A stretch of 64,000 nt of DNA from Blepharisma stoltei ATCC 30299 (GCA_965603825.1 CBFDEM010000033.1:620001-684000); one strand, 5' to 3'; shown: positions 11,358 to 25,309, counted from the first letter of the stretch. The notes: generated from the letters alone by a model not told the origin. Numbers and translations: made by a program.

Positions 11358-12983
11358 ATGCAACCTCAAAGCACTGATACACAAATCTATGTCGGCGATT
11401 TACACCCAGAAGTCACCGAGTCTGAGCTTTACACTCTCGCCTCCCTCTCTGGCAAGGTTGTATACATCCGAGTTCTCAGAAATTTACAAACCAAAGCAGC
11501 TCTTGGATTTGCCTTTATTCAATTTGCTGACATCGCCAGCACTATTCGTGCCCAAGAAGAAATGAATGGTACCAGCGTCAGAGGCAAACACATCAGAGTA
11601 ATGAAGTATTCCCGAGAGCGCGATCCTGAAGCCAATATTTTTGTCAAGAATTTCAATGAGGATGTCACAACCAAAACACTGGAGCATCATTTCAGAAAAT
11701 TCGGACCAATACTTTCAAGCAAAATTTGCTATGATGATAGCGGAAAATCAAAAAGATTTGGCTTCGTTCAGTTCGAAAAAAAAGAAGCTGCACAAGCTGC
11801 TATACAAGCTGCAAATGGTAGCGATTGGAATGGAGCTACTGTGCAGGTAGAAAAATACGTCCCGATAGGAAAAAGAACATATCTCAGCTCACAAAACTTG
11901 TATGTCAGAGGGTTTGGGGCTGAAATGACCAATGAAAAATTAAAAGAAAAATTTTCGCAGTATGGAGAAGTCACGTCTTCAGCTGTCATTAAGTCACCTG
12001 ACGCCAATGGGTCTGAGAAGTACTATGGCTTTGTATGCTTCAATAATGCTGAAAATGCTAAAAAGGCTGAAGCCCTGCATGGAGTCCAAGATGAAGGATT
12101 TGCTTGGTATGTAGTCCCACACATGAAGAGAGGTGCAAGACTCGCTTGGCTAAGAAGCGAATATTTAAAGAAGCAAGAAGACTGGAAGAGGAGAAATATA
12201 ATAATCAGAAATCTTCCTTTATCAATCGACGAAGAAAAGCTCAGAAAACTTTGCCAAGACTTCGGCACCATCGAATCCATCAAAATTCCAAAGGTAAAAA
12301 ACATCAAATACCAAAATGAAGCCCCAATTGAAGAAACCACAAATAAAGGAATTGGGCTAGTGTGCTTCAAAACTCCAGCAGAATCAGCAAAAGCTATTCA
12401 AGTATTGAGAACAAAAACAGTGGAAGAGAAAAAACTACTTGTATTCCCTTGGAAACCAAGAGAAGAAATTGCTAAAATAGTGAACATGAACAGGATGAAG
12501 AAAATTTATTCGCAGATGTGGGAGTTTGGAATGATGAACCCTATGATGATGGGAAGAGGAGGACATATGAAACCAATGGATAGAGGACAAATGCACCCAG
12601 CGGGCAGAGGAAGAGGACAGAGACCGGTTGTGCAGGGAATCCCACAGCCGAATTTGATACCACCAGTGATGGTGGCAAGCCAAAGACCAATGCCAATGGC
12701 ACTGCCTATCACTTTTAACTATCAAGCTTATGAAGCTGCACAGCCAGATATAAAGAAACGTATGCTGGGAGAAGCTTTATATCCTCAGGTACTTACAAAT
12801 TCCAATCAAAAAGTGGCAGGGAAAATAACAGGAATGCTGCTTGAGATGGATAATGTCGAATTATTAGGTCTTTTATCCAATCCTCTCGGTCTCAAAGGAA
12901 AAGTTGTAGAAGCAATCGAAGTGCTTAAGAAGGCCTGGGAAAACGACGCCGAAAGCTTGAAATTAATTGAGGGCATAGCTTAA
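11358..12983 (+). CDS. PABP: Cytoplasmic poly(A)-binding protein
   Basis: Four RRMs, a Pro/Met-rich linker, and an MLLE domain (LGEALYP, AGKITGMLLE). Confidence 0.95.
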   Translation: MQPQSTDTQIYVGDLHPEVTESELYTLASLSGKVVYIRVLRNLQTKAALGFAFIQFADIASTIRAQEEMNGTSVRGKHIRVMKYSRERDPEANIFVKNFNEDVTTKTLEHHFRKFGPILSSKICYDDSGKSKRFGFVQFEKKEAAQAAIQAANGSDWNGATVQVEKYVPIGKRTYLSSQNLYVRGFGAEMTNEKLKEKFSQYGEVTSSAVIKSPDANGSEKYYGFVCFNNAENAKKAEALHGVQDEGFAWYVVPHMKRGARLAWLRSEYLKKQEDWKRRNIIIRNLPLSIDEEKLRKLCQDFGTIESIKIPKVKNIKYQNEAPIEETTNKGIGLVCFKTPAESAKAIQVLRTKTVEEKKLLVFPWKPREEIAKIVNMNRMKKIYSQMWEFGMMNPMMMGRGGHMKPMDRGQMHPAGRGRGQRPVVQGIPQPNLIPPVMVASQRPMPMALPITFNYQAYEAAQPDIKKRMLGEALYPQVLTNSNQKVAGKITGMLLEMDNVELLGLLSNPLGLKGKVVEAIEVLKKAWENDAESLKLIEGIA

Positions 12984-13023
12984 ACTTCATTTTAGGTAAA
13001 ATTCTCCATTAACTTTAGATAGT

Positions 13024-13260
13024 CTATTCTGTGATAAGTGAAATACGCTTTCCAGATGACTCTGACCAATCTTTCAAAGAATCCAAAAGAATTTGAGGCT
13101 GTACTTTATTTTCTGCAAGAACTCTGCACTTTTGTTCAGCAACATTGCAATCAATACTTTTTACACCATCAACCTTTTCTATGATGCGTCTGATATTTCT
13201 TGAGCAGCCTTCACATGACATCTGAGCAGCAATCAAGATTTCTTTGACTTCAGGGTCCAT
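13024..13260 (-). CDS. Atx1/ATOX1-like copper chaperone (HMA domain)
   Basis: MSCEGC metal-binding motif, ferredoxin-like pattern, C-terminal SGK. Confidence 0.9.
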   Translation of the reverse strand: MDPEVKEILIAAQMSCEGCSRNIRRIIEKVDGVKSIDCNVAEQKCRVLAENKVQPQILLDSLKDWSESSGKRISLITE

Positions 13261-13437
13261 ATTTTATTATTTCAGTAATTTGAAATGGCTGATTGTTAAA
13301 TCTTCTCTAATTTGGGGTATTTTATTTTTTAACAAGCACAATTTTTATAACTAGAAATTTTTACCATAAATTTTAGAAATTTCCTATCAACAAATCAGAA
13401 AGCCACACTAATTTATATTAAAATTTGTATTTATAAT

Positions 13438-14967
13438 CTAACAAACATTATTTTTATGCATTGATAATAGTCAACTACGTACAGTTTTTTGAATTAAAAC
13501 GGCTGCCTTTTTCTGGTACTTGAAGTGTTTTCTTGCCAGCATTCCTCTTATAGCTCTTTGGAGAGTTTTCGCTGCTTGCCTTATATCGTGAAATTGCTTT
13601 CTGAAAAGCCAAGTTCTTACATGTCTTTGTATCAATTGAACCCTGCTTTCAATATCAACTGGGGAGTTTTGGAAATCACTGAGAATTCTAGACAGCGCAG
13701 AAAACAGCCCATTTGCTTTATCATCTTCAGGATTCTCAATTATCGCTCCTAACTGAAGTAAAGCAAGAATGCTTTCTTTGTTGTTTTTATAAGCTGCTAT
13801 TTGCAAAGGCGTTTTCCCATCACTTGATTTTTTATTTAAATCAGCTTTGTCGCTCCCAATCAATCTTATACACTTACTGTAATTCAGCGCTGCTAAATAA
13901 TGTAAAATTCCTCTTCCTTTGTAATCTAAATTAAAAAAGCTGTGCTTTCCGATAATATTGGTGAATTCTGATAAAAAAAATTCTTCATCAAACCCGTTTT
14001 CCAGCTCAGGCTCAATGGGCAGGCTAAATTCTTCTTCTAAATTCATAGCAAGTTCTCTAGACAAGTCTTGGGTAGACTGGTTCCACCAGTCCTTTACTCT
14101 TACAGCTTGGACTGTTATTTGTATTTCTTTAAACTCAAATTCTTTTCTCAGCCTTGTGATTTCTTTATTATCATACAGTAAATATAAATCCACAATTCCT
14201 GGGTCATGCACTGGTGTATAACACCTTAACACCCCAAGCTGCACACTTTCTACGTGGACCTTTACATTTCCAAAGGCGCACAGTAATAAATGTGGCTGCG
14301 GGACCATTATTGCTGGCTCTATACAAATCAGTATTTTAGACCCGCCAGTTATATCAGCTCATTCAGGGGAGAAGTCTATAATAGAGACACAGGGGATCTC
14401 TGACATGTCTAAGCGTTTAAGGACTTCTTCTATTTTTTTAATCTGCTCAGTTGGCTCTACGTTCATGAGTGAAGAAGCTTCGGAGCTAATTGAAGAAATA
14501 TTTGAGCTTTCTTCATCAAGAGCCCAATCAGAGTTTGCTTCGTCTAAATAGTGGACTAGCACGATATCGGGCTCTTTAAGGAGCCAATAAGCACGCCGAT
14601 GGAACTTAATTGGAGTCACAGGCAATCCACACGTACTGCATGTCCCATAAGCTGGCATCTTGCATTTGCTGCACATTCCAGAGCCATGCACATATGCACA
14701 TTGAATTGTGTCGACTTCGTCTGCGTATCTTTCTCGGTCTTCTCTAGTCCCGTTACCGCTTTTTCTGGAAATATAACTGTGGCCGTCTTGTTTCCAGCGT
14801 TTAAATTTGGATTTTCGAACGAAGAAAAGGTCTCCGTTAGTTGGAAGAGAAGTAAATTGAGTTATTTCTGGGATGTTTATGTCTCCAAATCTGCGTAAGA
14901 TTGAAAAGACTTCTGATGGTTTTAGCCACCTCCATTTGCAGATCTGAAATAGGTTTTCTTGTTCCAT
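13438..14967 (-). CDS. CAMTA: Calmodulin-binding transcription activator: CG-1, TIG/IPT, ankyrin, IQ (509 aa)
   Basis: RWLKPSEV, WKQDG, FHRRAYWLL, IVLVHYL (CG-1); IIDFSPE-TGA(W) (TIG); ankyrin repeats; IQ motifs. A second TGA in the last IQ (IQKTVRSW); ends at TAG 13438. Confidence 0.92.
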
Positions 14968-15229
14968 CTTATAAGATTTTATGTGTTTTTTAATTCTAAA
15001 AACTGATTAACAGATATTTTATAGGTATTTAGAATAAATGCAGTTATGCTAATCATTGGAATGATAGGAGATTAGAAATAATTATCTTTTATATTTCTAA
15101 TAAAAAGTGTATTAAGACTTTTGCACAATTATTGTATAAATCTACTTTTTGCTTTCAAGCATTTATTATTCCTACCAAGTATATAGGGAATTATGGAGTT
15201 TTATTAGGTAAGCCTTATAGTTATAATTA

Positions 15230-18200
15230 ATGGAGAATCCAAATCTCAAGAAAGAGCTAACCAAAGTCCTCAGTGAATTCGAAAAAGCAAGGGAATGGGA
15301 GTGGGATGACCTCCGAAAATGGCTCAAGAAAGTAAAAAAGCTTTTAGAAAAATACCCAAATGCTCAGATCCCTGACAAGTATACTCTCGCCAAGCGTTTA
15401 TCTCAATGCTTAAACCCAGGCCTCCCACCTGGTCTTCATTATATTACCATAACCATCTACCAAACCCTTCTTAATGGTCGGGATGATATGGACGACTTAG
15501 CAATCTACTCAGGAGGGATTTTGCCTTATTTCCAATACGCATCTTTAGAAAACAAAGAAAATGTTTTAAATCTCATCAGCTATTACTTCGTGGAAAAAGG
15601 CTCAAAAATCAGCTTTGCCCTGCCAGGCATTGTAACAGCAATTCTTCCTGGTCTAGATGAAGAAGAAAGCAACCCAGAAATAGAACAGAGGACTATGGAA
15701 ATTTTTGACAGGTTCGCTGTGCTTGACAAAATCGGGCTGTTTGGGGCTATGTGGCAAGCTTTATTAAGAAGTCCTCGAGTAAGAAGGCCTGCTTTGTTAT
15801 ATTTATCCCGAAGAGTCCCAAGGACTGAAGATTTAGGCCTTGAAGACTATTTGCCTCAGAAAAATTTATTAGTGAACTCTTTAATTGCAGCTATAAATGA
15901 CGAGCATACAGTAGTCCAAAGGGCAGCACTTGAGCTGTTGCTTTCTCATTTCCCTATAAATATTTCAGAAGAAATATTAAATACTCACGAAAAAACAGTC
16001 CTATTAGAAGCAGTGCTCAAATTGTTAAGGCAGCAAGATATGTTTATCAATAAACTAATATGGCTCTGGTGCTTCCAAACTGACGAAAGCCCTAAGGAAG
16101 ACATTTTGGAAGAAATTAAAGAGTATTTGGTAGAAGCGTTGAAAAGCATTTTTGGGATACACCCGACGACTAAAGAAGAAAGCTTGCTGCCTATGAAAAT
16201 TTTGGAGCCGCTATTAGGACATCATGCGCTGGCACCTTATTTGTTGAGAGAAATTACTGTGACTATGCTGACTTATGTAGAAAACTATAAAGATGATAAA
16301 GATTATGGCGGGGAGATCTTGGAAGAGTGCTTAAGATTGTTGAGAAATGACCAGTGTGTGGAGAACGGGCTTTTGATTTGGGATGCTCTGAATTACTCTC
16401 TTGATGAACATCTGCATGGAGATGCTTTAAAAGCGATTGAAGTAATCAAATTTTGCTTGAAATCATTTCCTATTGAAGTCTACGAAGTTACTCATATCAG
16501 GCCTTTGCTTGAAAACTTATTGACAAATATGCACAACCTGTCTCAGCAGTCTTTGAGCTCAGCTTTAGATCTAGCCAATGCAATGGTGCAAAGACTTCAC
16601 AATTGTGGCTCCTTAGATATCCAAGACTCCATTTATTGCTTTCACCGCTTTTTTGTGCAGCTTTGTAAAGAGTCTGGCAGCTCGATTGAAGATTTAAGGC
16701 TTGCTTCTTCATTAACCATTTACCTCAGCAGATATTCCCCAAAAACCCACGATTTGGAATGAAAGCAATGCTTTTTAGACTGCATGGACAATAAGGCTAA
16801 CATCGACGTCGCTTTAATAGGGATTGACTGCATTTTAAAGCTTATTAAAGTAGAAGAAAACTCGTACATACAAGGAATCGAAAGCGAAAGAAATGAAAAT
16901 CTATGTGAAAGTGTCATGAAAAGGCTGTGAAAGCTTCTTGATAAGCCAGATTATAAATCAAAAGCAGTAGAATTAATTTTAATGCTTTACCAAGCTGATA
17001 GAAGTATTTTTTATAATACAATATCAAGAAAATTATTAGGAAATAGCAGGGACGATGAGAGTTTTAGCACCTTGGACACAAGCCGGTGCTTTAAAGAAGC
17101 AGAGGATTGGAGCAATTCTCAAGAAAAAGTGGTAAAAAAACTTGTCAAAAATATCAATAGGTTCACTGTATTTTGGAATACAGCAAGCAGTGTGTCGTCT
17201 GGTGCCCTCGTAGAGCTTCTTTATAATGGTGACGGAATTTTCTATATGCTTGACCATCTGGATCACCATTCTCCAGAAATCAGAGACAACGTCAGGAAAT
17301 GGCTAATTGACTCCCTTTCCCAGTTTTCTTGTGTTTTGGACCCTATTTTTGTGATCCTTATGCAACCAGACTCCTTAAGACGAAAACAAAATGGCTTTTA
17401 CGTGATTGATAAATACGATGACGCAAGGATTCTTGACGCATTTAAAAAGCTCAGAAGGCTCATAAGAAATGGTGGAGAAATAATTTTTACGAAAACAGAA
17501 TCATTATTACTCACCCCTAGAATTGAAGAACTGCTTATTCAAGGAGAAAAAGCTGCAGAACCTTATGAAGATGAACCGAAAACTTATTTAGAATTAATGG
17601 TAGAAGTTGCTTTAAGGTTCATTATGACTGATACTTTTTCAGATGAAGATTTCGTCATTAGAAACCAAACAGTCCAAGCTGCTGCCTGCGAATTTTTGGA
17701 TTTAATTTTATCACAAAAGAACACTGATCTTGCATATAGAGCAGTTTATAGAATTCTGGCCTGCATCAATAAAAGTATTGATAAAGATGACTGTGTCATG
17801 CAATTATTATTGCTTAATGTCATACAAGTAATTTTCTTTAGCTGCAAGCTGGAAACGAATTATAAAGAATGCATTGATTTGTTAAGGTCAAAACAGTTTG
17901 GAGAGGTATATCTCAAAGCACTCCACACTAATGATTCATATGTAAGAAGTCATTGGATTTCTTTTATTACGAATTCTCTGCCTATTTTTACAAGAATTGA
18001 TAATGAAAAAATGATGGAATATATAGAAGTTCTAATAGAAAATTTCTGCAAAGAAATCCAAAAAGCTGAAGACTCCGCTGCACTATTTGATGGTCTGCAA
18101 GCCATTCTGCATCACTCTTTAGATATAAATAAGCAAAGCAGAGCTGATCCAAATATTTTAATCCACAATTACCCAGAGCTTCAAAGGCCTATCCCTCAAG

Positions 18201-20119
18201 CCAAAACTTCCTTTTTAGACGGAGTGAAAAAAATATTCAGAAGCTCTGAAGAGCAAGTCCAAGTAAATCCATATTTCAATATTTTCAAAAATTTCGAAAT
18301 GGTGCTGAACACCTGCATAAAATGTATATCTGAGACCAATAATAACCAAACAGGCTACATCTTAGGCTGCCCCTCCTCTGAAATGAGTGAAGGGTCTACA
18401 ATAGGAAATAACCACATTTTAGACTTACTTAACCCTGTTATGGCTAAATTTCCAGCAGAATTAATGATTGCAGCTATGGATATATGGATGAAAAGGACTA
18501 TAATGACTGACGATTTAGTCCAAGAAATGGACTCCGATTTATTGAAGCTTATGAGTATCATTATTTCTCTAGACACTTCTCCTGCCATTGTTATGAGAGC
18601 ATTAAATCAATTTACCTCAGACCTTAACTTAGCCCAATACAAGAGAAAAAATGACGTCAGCTCGACCTATAAAGAAGCAGCAGTCGCCCATTTTGCATAT
18701 TGCCTTTATGGATTTTACCCTAAAAACAAGCTTGATATGGACTCTGACGATAAACGTGAATTCTGGGGAGAAGCTGTAAAGCTTACCAAAGAGCTTGACC
18801 AGTCTCCTTTCCCAGTGGTCCATATATGGATTATTGAGCTTTTTGCGTTACTTGTAAGAAGAGTCAAAATTGAGGACGCTTTAGCAGATAAAAACATAAG
18901 AAAACTAATTCAAGAATATTTCCAAAAACTCATGAACACAGTCACTTCTATGGCTTTATCAGTTGAAGGCAAAGAAATCAAGCACCCTTTCCCTCCTTCT
19001 ATTTATTTTTTTATCAAAAATCCTGATAAAAGGACAACAGTCAGCTTAAAACTGGTAGCTTTACAAGTACTGAAATCAGCTGCTTATAATGTAGTCAAGC
19101 AGATTTGGCAAAAAGAAGGCCCAGATAAAGTGACTGCAGTTATACAGTCCCCTGCAAGCCAATTTTTCCAAGCTTTAACAGGCCGCCAAGCTCATGAGCA
19201 CGCTGAAACAGTAGCTGAGCTTGTAAGCTCCCTTCTGGTATCAGGTGGTTTACAGCTTGCCAGAGTCCTCCGAAAAGACATTATTGACTTTTTCACGTCT
19301 CCTGAATTTTTCGACTCTATGAATGGCCGAGAACTCTGCCTCAGAAATTGGTCACAAATTATCAATAATGTCTGCAATTTCTGTTACCCTGACAAAAATG
19401 TACTAATAAATGAACTTTTAGGAAAAACCCAAAATACAGTATTCAGCAATATCACAAATGTCCAGAAAATAAGGATACTAAAGTGTATAAGCTATTTAAT
19501 TTATAGTGGAGAAATTGATGATTATCAAGCTTGCATGCAGCTGATAGTAGAAAAACTGATAGAGTTTATAAGGGTGGATGAATCATTGATACCTGGGGTA
19601 TTTTTAGGGATAAGAGTCCTTATGCTAAAATTGTCTCCTCCAGCAATTTCAGAAATTTGGCCAAGACTTTGGCCTCATGTTCTATCAGAATTAATGCAAA
19701 TTGTAGAGAAAAATGAAAATTTGACAAACTGTATGGCTGCACTGAAGTTTTTAGACTTGATTTCTACAATAAATAATGAGGAGTTTCATATGTATCAGTG
19801 GATATTTTTCTTGGATGCTTTTACTGATGTAGATGACCGTGAGGAAAATAAAACCAACGAGTTTGATCCATTAGTGCCAAGGTGTTTTGGGAAACCTGAA
19901 AATTTCGATAGGTTTGAGGATAAGTTTGAGAGCCTTGGGAGGGTTGAGAAAAGGAAATTAGTGGTAGACGTACAGGAGGTTAAGTCTCAGAATGAGCTGA
20001 AATCGAAAGCAATTAGACTTTCTGAAGAAATTTTAAGGTTAAGTGAGGTGAGGTGTGAGCCTGATATGGAGAATATAAGGAGTTTATTGGAAAGAGACTT
20101 TTTATCACCAACATTTTAG
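15230..20119 (+). CDS. DOP1: Dopey/DOP1 family protein (1629 aa)
   Basis: Dopey N-terminal signature (EW.DL, LAKRLSQCLNPGLPPGLH) and C-terminal 'LWPHVLSEL'. Two TGA (16760, 16928) join the track ORFs in frame. Confidence 0.92.
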
Positions 20120-20148
20120 ATAATTAAAAGTAAAAATTATTTTAAAAA

Positions 20149-21558
20149 TTATGAATCAACTGTAGCATTTACAATGGCTAGCTTAGCCTTGATAGAGCTG
20201 ATTATCATATCGTTTATCTCTTCAGCGATTTCTATTTTTTTACGGTCAGGCAAATTTGAACTCATTGTCCTTTCTTTTCTAAGAATTTCTTTGTCAACTA
20301 AATCAGCTTTTTCTTTCAGCTTTATAGCGTTTTCTTCATCATGAAGGTTAATATACATTAAATCTTTTTCCAGCTCATATTTTTTGCGGATTGTTCCTCT
20401 CGAATGCCTTGCAATTCTCATTTCTGCAAGAAAGTCTATCTGCTTTATTTCCTTTTTAGGAGCTGGCTCAGGGACCATTGGATTTTTTGTCCATTTGCGC
20501 CTTATTCGATGCTTTTCAGTCATTGAGCCGCTTTCTGTAGTATTTTCATAAGTCCCAGCAGAGTTATGTCCATGGAGTTTTGTCCGAACAGGAAACTTTA
20601 ATTTCTCTACAAGCAATTTCATTTCTTGCTTTTTATACTCATCAATGCTAGGTCTGTATAGCTCTTTTACAAGCTCAGAATATTGCAGCTTTTTTTCGAT
20701 TCTTTGTTTCCTTTCTAGCTCCTCTCTTTCTTTTTCTTCTTTTTGTCTTTTTTCTTCTTCATTTAAAATATCAAGCGCTTTTGAGTGAAAACTTTTGGAA
20801 ATTTGTCTGTATTGTAAATCTATTGATCGGTTGTGCACTTCTTTTTCCCTTCTATTTTGGAGGTCTCTCATAATTTCGTCATGCCTTCTTGCATGCTCAA
20901 TAAGATCTTCTCTATTTATAGGCTGAAACAGCATCCTTTTTTGGGCCAGATCTGCTTTCTTTTTTTCAAGCTCAGGCATAACGACCTGAGTTACATACGA
21001 CTCTTGTAATTTTTCATGCAAATATTTTTGGCTTAACACATGTTTATACTCCCTTTCAGTCAAAATTTTTCAATCCTCCAGCTCTTTTTTGTGCTTTTCT
21101 TCTTTTTCTCGCCTTTGTAAGGCTTTTAGCACCCTTTCTTTTCTCAATTCTTCTTCTCGTTTTTGCTGCAAAATTTCGTTCGTTTCCATTTCTTCTTCGA
21201 ATTTCTTTTTGGCTTCTTCATCTAATTCCTGCAGCTTTTTATGTCTCTGTTCTTTCTCTTCTTGAAGCTTTTTCAGAAGCTGTTTTATGGTTTTTGACTT
21301 TTTTTTGAGGACAATTGGGTCTTCTTCTCATTTTATTGGTCTTTCAGTCACTGAGTTTCTTCTTTCCTCTGTAGCTAAAGTTTTCTGTCTTTTGGTAGAC
21401 TTTGACCTTTTATGCTTAAGGGGAGAATTACTATACTTTCTTTTAACAATGTTACAAATTTTTTCGAAAACTTCTTGTGTGGCATCTCTTGCTGTATCAG
21501 CTATGTAAGGCATAAAGTATGATGCATCTATAATCCTTTTGAGGTGATCTGTTGCCAT
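20149..21558 (-). CDS. Coiled-coil hypothetical protein (469 aa)
   Basis: Single frame across two TGA codons; E/K/R-rich helices. Confidence 0.8.
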
Positions 21559-21769
21559 TTAAAAATTTTGCAATTATTCGGTTTTAAGGTTTCCATATAG
21601 AAAATCAAAAATTCTATCCATTAGAATTATAATTAAAACTACTTATATGGATAATTTTAATGATTTTTATATTCTAAATAAACTTATAAAATTTAGAAAC
21701 TATTTTGAATTATTTACTTTAAGGCAAAATCCAATATGAAAATCAAAAATTTTATTCTAATAATAAAAC

Positions 21770-24700
21770 ATGGCTGATGATAGAAGCATAAACCCAAAAA
21801 TCCCATTAATCAATGACAGCAACAAGAGACATTCTCATGGATTTATGTCAATTCTGTCTCTCTTGGTTAATTACTTACAATCCGATATGGCCAAAAGGCC
21901 AAGGTCTTTTCGTATTGGAGTCTGCTCAGTCTTCATTGTTGTTACTTTTTTAAGGTAAGCCTCATTTAGCCTTCTCCTAAGTTTGATTTTGATAGGGACA
22001 GTTATTTATCTCAAAGTAGCTGAAAATGAAGTCGGAGAAGCTGACATCATTTTGATACCGACACCTGCTGCTAATGACACCCGTACCTTAAATACAACGA
22101 ATGTAGATTCTAATAACCTGCAGAATTCTTATAGACTTATCAATTATAGAGAGATGGAGCCTTATTTGGAACAAGTTGATACCTTGTCTGGGTATGCTCC
22201 TAGATGGACTCTGAAAGCTGAAGTGTACAATCCCGATGATCCTGAAGAAGCTAAATTCAATACAAGTAGCTACATCATTATTGCTGTAAAATCCATTTAG
22301 GACACAAAGCTAGAAAGAGATATTGGCCTTGGCCGAAGTTTTAGTAAAGTCGTTCTTGGTTATGGAGAAGCTTTTGCAACGTCTTCAATTTTGACTGTCT
22401 TAGGTATAACTGCGTCTCAAGGTCAAAGGCTAATTATCCACTTTGACTTCCTCAGTTCCTTAGCTGACGCAGGGATTATTTCTGACAATTCGACAAGAGC
22501 TGACATAGCTACTCAGCTTTTGGAGAGTTTTGGTCTTCTTAATAATACTGACACGAATTATACGATAAATCCTAACGACGTCTTAGGAAATACAAACCCT
22601 GACTTAAATGTAACGGGTCTTCCCAATATTACCGTTTCGTCCAATACTACAAATCAGATCCTTATAGATGCGGTAGCTAATTTAACTGTAATTGATATCC
22701 CATTTACAGTGGTAGAATCTATAGAAAGCCCTGAAGGAAAATGGACTGCAGCCCTTGGAAATGTAGTTTTGGTAGACGCAAAATACATAAAAGACGAAAT
22801 AGTTTCAACAGTCAAAGGAGCTTTGACACAGTCTCTTAGCGTCCTAAATAACCAAACAACTGTAGATAACTTAATCAACAGCTTAGAAAGCATTGACATT
22901 TTCGAATACACGCTATATGTCAATATAATAGTAAAGGACAGAATAGATATATATACAAATGACGTAAACCATATGAAAATCAGCTTTACCCATATAACGA
23001 ACCAGATTTATAATAAGCTTGGATATGGGCATCCTACAGAGCCACAGCTGCTTTTGGCCCAGAATATGGAAGGGATCCAGATCATGAAGGCGTTTCTTGA
23101 CAATGTCTTTATGTCAGTCATTGTGTTTTTGGTTATTTTGTCATTTATTTTGATATATTCGCTGATGCTGGGAAATGTGGAGGAAAAAACTTATGAGTAT
23201 GGGATGCTGAGGAGTCTTGGAATGAAATATAAAACATTGACGGAGTACTTACTCTTGCAGTGTTCAAGCTTTTCATTTCCTGGACTTGTTATGGGACTGT
23301 TTTTAAGCTTCTTGTTGAACATTTTGGGAGCTTATGCTATTGGCAGATATACTGCGCTTAATGTAAGTATCATTCTACATCCTTATGCGTGGATGACTGG
23401 GATTTTAATAGGGACACTTTTGCCGTTGTTTTCTGTGTATGTTCCGATCAAAAGAGCTTTATCAGCAACACTAAGGGATTCTCTTGACTTGTATCATCAT
23501 GTAATCACATCTCTTACTGTTACAATTTTAAAGCTCGAAAAAATGGGGCTTTCCCCACCATTATTGGCTGTTTCTTTTGTATTAATTTTTATGGGTTTTT
23601 TAACCTATTATTTAGTTCCATACGCATTCTTGATGCAGAAATACGAAGTTTTCCTATTTTTATTAAATATCATCTTGCTGTTTATGATAGTTGGCCTTAC
23701 ATTCCTAGTCCATTTACTCCAGCCCTATCTTGAGCAGCTTAACGCTACCATTGTTTTATATTTATCATATTACGATCGAAGGTTAGGACCACTTGTCAAG
23801 AAAAACTTAGTCGGTCATTCTTCTAGAAACTGGAAAAGTTCCCTTATGGTCAGCATGTCCTTAAGCTTTATCATATTCGCCGGTGTCTCATTCAACTTAG
23901 AAGGCTCAATCACCACAAAACTATTATACAATTCATTTGGCGGCGATTTATACATATACCAGCCTACAAGTAAAGATACAGGCCTCGCTGAAGGTGATAT
24001 AAGAAATTGGCTTGACAATATATACGGAAAAAATCACAGTGACAATATCAAAGGCTATACATTTGCCAGTGGGCCTTTAGATAATTTGCCTGATATCGGC
24101 TCTACAGCTATTTCCAATATTTGTGGCGACCCTTCACAGTCTACTAATATTATAGGTGTTGAGGAGCATTATTTAGACGCTATTTATACAGAATATTATA
24201 TTCCAACAGAAAAAGACAGCGACGTAGATTTCCCTGATATTTCAGAAAACCAGCCAGATTTAATATATGGTCTATATACAGATGAAGGCCTTGTCTCATA
24301 TAACGGTGACTGGGATTATTATGGAATTACTTCAGAAAAGCTGCATACAACCTATAAAGAGCCTAGCTCAAATCTCCCAATAAAAGCTGTAATTGCTGAA
24401 GGTATGAGAGACCCAATGTCAATGAATACTGACACCGCAATCCGCTTCAAAGTCACCAATCATGACACAGACGTCGACAGTCTTTTCAGAGGCAGAGTCA
24501 GAGGAATGGCCACAAAAATCCCTGGGTTTTATTTTTCTTCATACTCCTATATAGCCTACTCCTCCACCACTTTTGTGTCTATGGACGACTACAAAACAAT
24601 GGTAGATGCTGTATATAATGGAAATTGGCCTAGTGTTTTGACGGCAGGTCAACCTGAAGGCACAACTTTAAATATCCCGAAATACTATTTAATTGTGAAG

Positions 24701-25240
24701 CTCAAGTCTGGATTAGTAAAAGCTGACCGAGATGTAGTAGCCAATGGGATCAGGACGTTCTTTACAAATGATGAAACCACCCTGATAAATGTAGGAGATT
24801 TGGTTGAGGTCGCTAATCAGACTGTTATGATAATGCAAGCATTTTTTATTGTCACAGGAATTGTGGCACTTGTCCTGGCGTTTTTCTTGCTATGGACGAA
24901 TTTTTCTGCAAATGTGAGAGAAAACTCGTGGGAGTATGGGGTGCTAAGGTCGCTAGGACTGACTGGAAAAGAATGCACGAGGCTTTATATATATGAGTCA
25001 ACTCTGCTTACTTTTAGTGCTGTTGTGTTAGGGACAACAGTTGGGATATCAATTGCAGTGCTTTTGTCAGCGCAGTTTAATTTGTTCACTGAGATGCCGC
25101 TTGATATTGAGTTTCCGTTTGCTATGTTTTTCATTATGGTGTTTATAGCGCTTCTTGCAGCTGTTGGTGGAAGCTATTATCCTGCCAAAGATATAGAAAA
25201 GTTTGAAATTTCTAGGATAGTAAGAGGAATCAATTTATAA
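21770..25240 (+). CDS. FtsX/MacB-like (type VII ABC) permease with duplicated permease domains (~1146 aa)
   Basis: Two 'EYG.LRSLG' FtsX motifs, each followed by three TMs. Introns 21955-21969 and 22286-22300 join three track ORFs. Confidence 0.9.
21955..21969 (+). other. 15-nt spliceosomal intron
   Basis: gtaagcctcatttag; phase 2, contains an in-frame TAA. Confidence 0.9.
22286..22300 (+). other. 15-nt spliceosomal intron
   Basis: gtaaaatccatttag; phase 0, terminal TAG in frame. Confidence 0.9.
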
Positions 25241-25309
25241 AAATAATTAGATGAATTATTAAATAGGCTTATGTGGAAAAATGAGCCATTTTATGACTAG
25301 AATTAAATT

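Noticed and set aside
21981-21995. 15-nt GT..AG segment gtttgattttgatag
   Set aside because: No A at -6, and the unspliced reading keeps a sensible hydrophobic TM segment.
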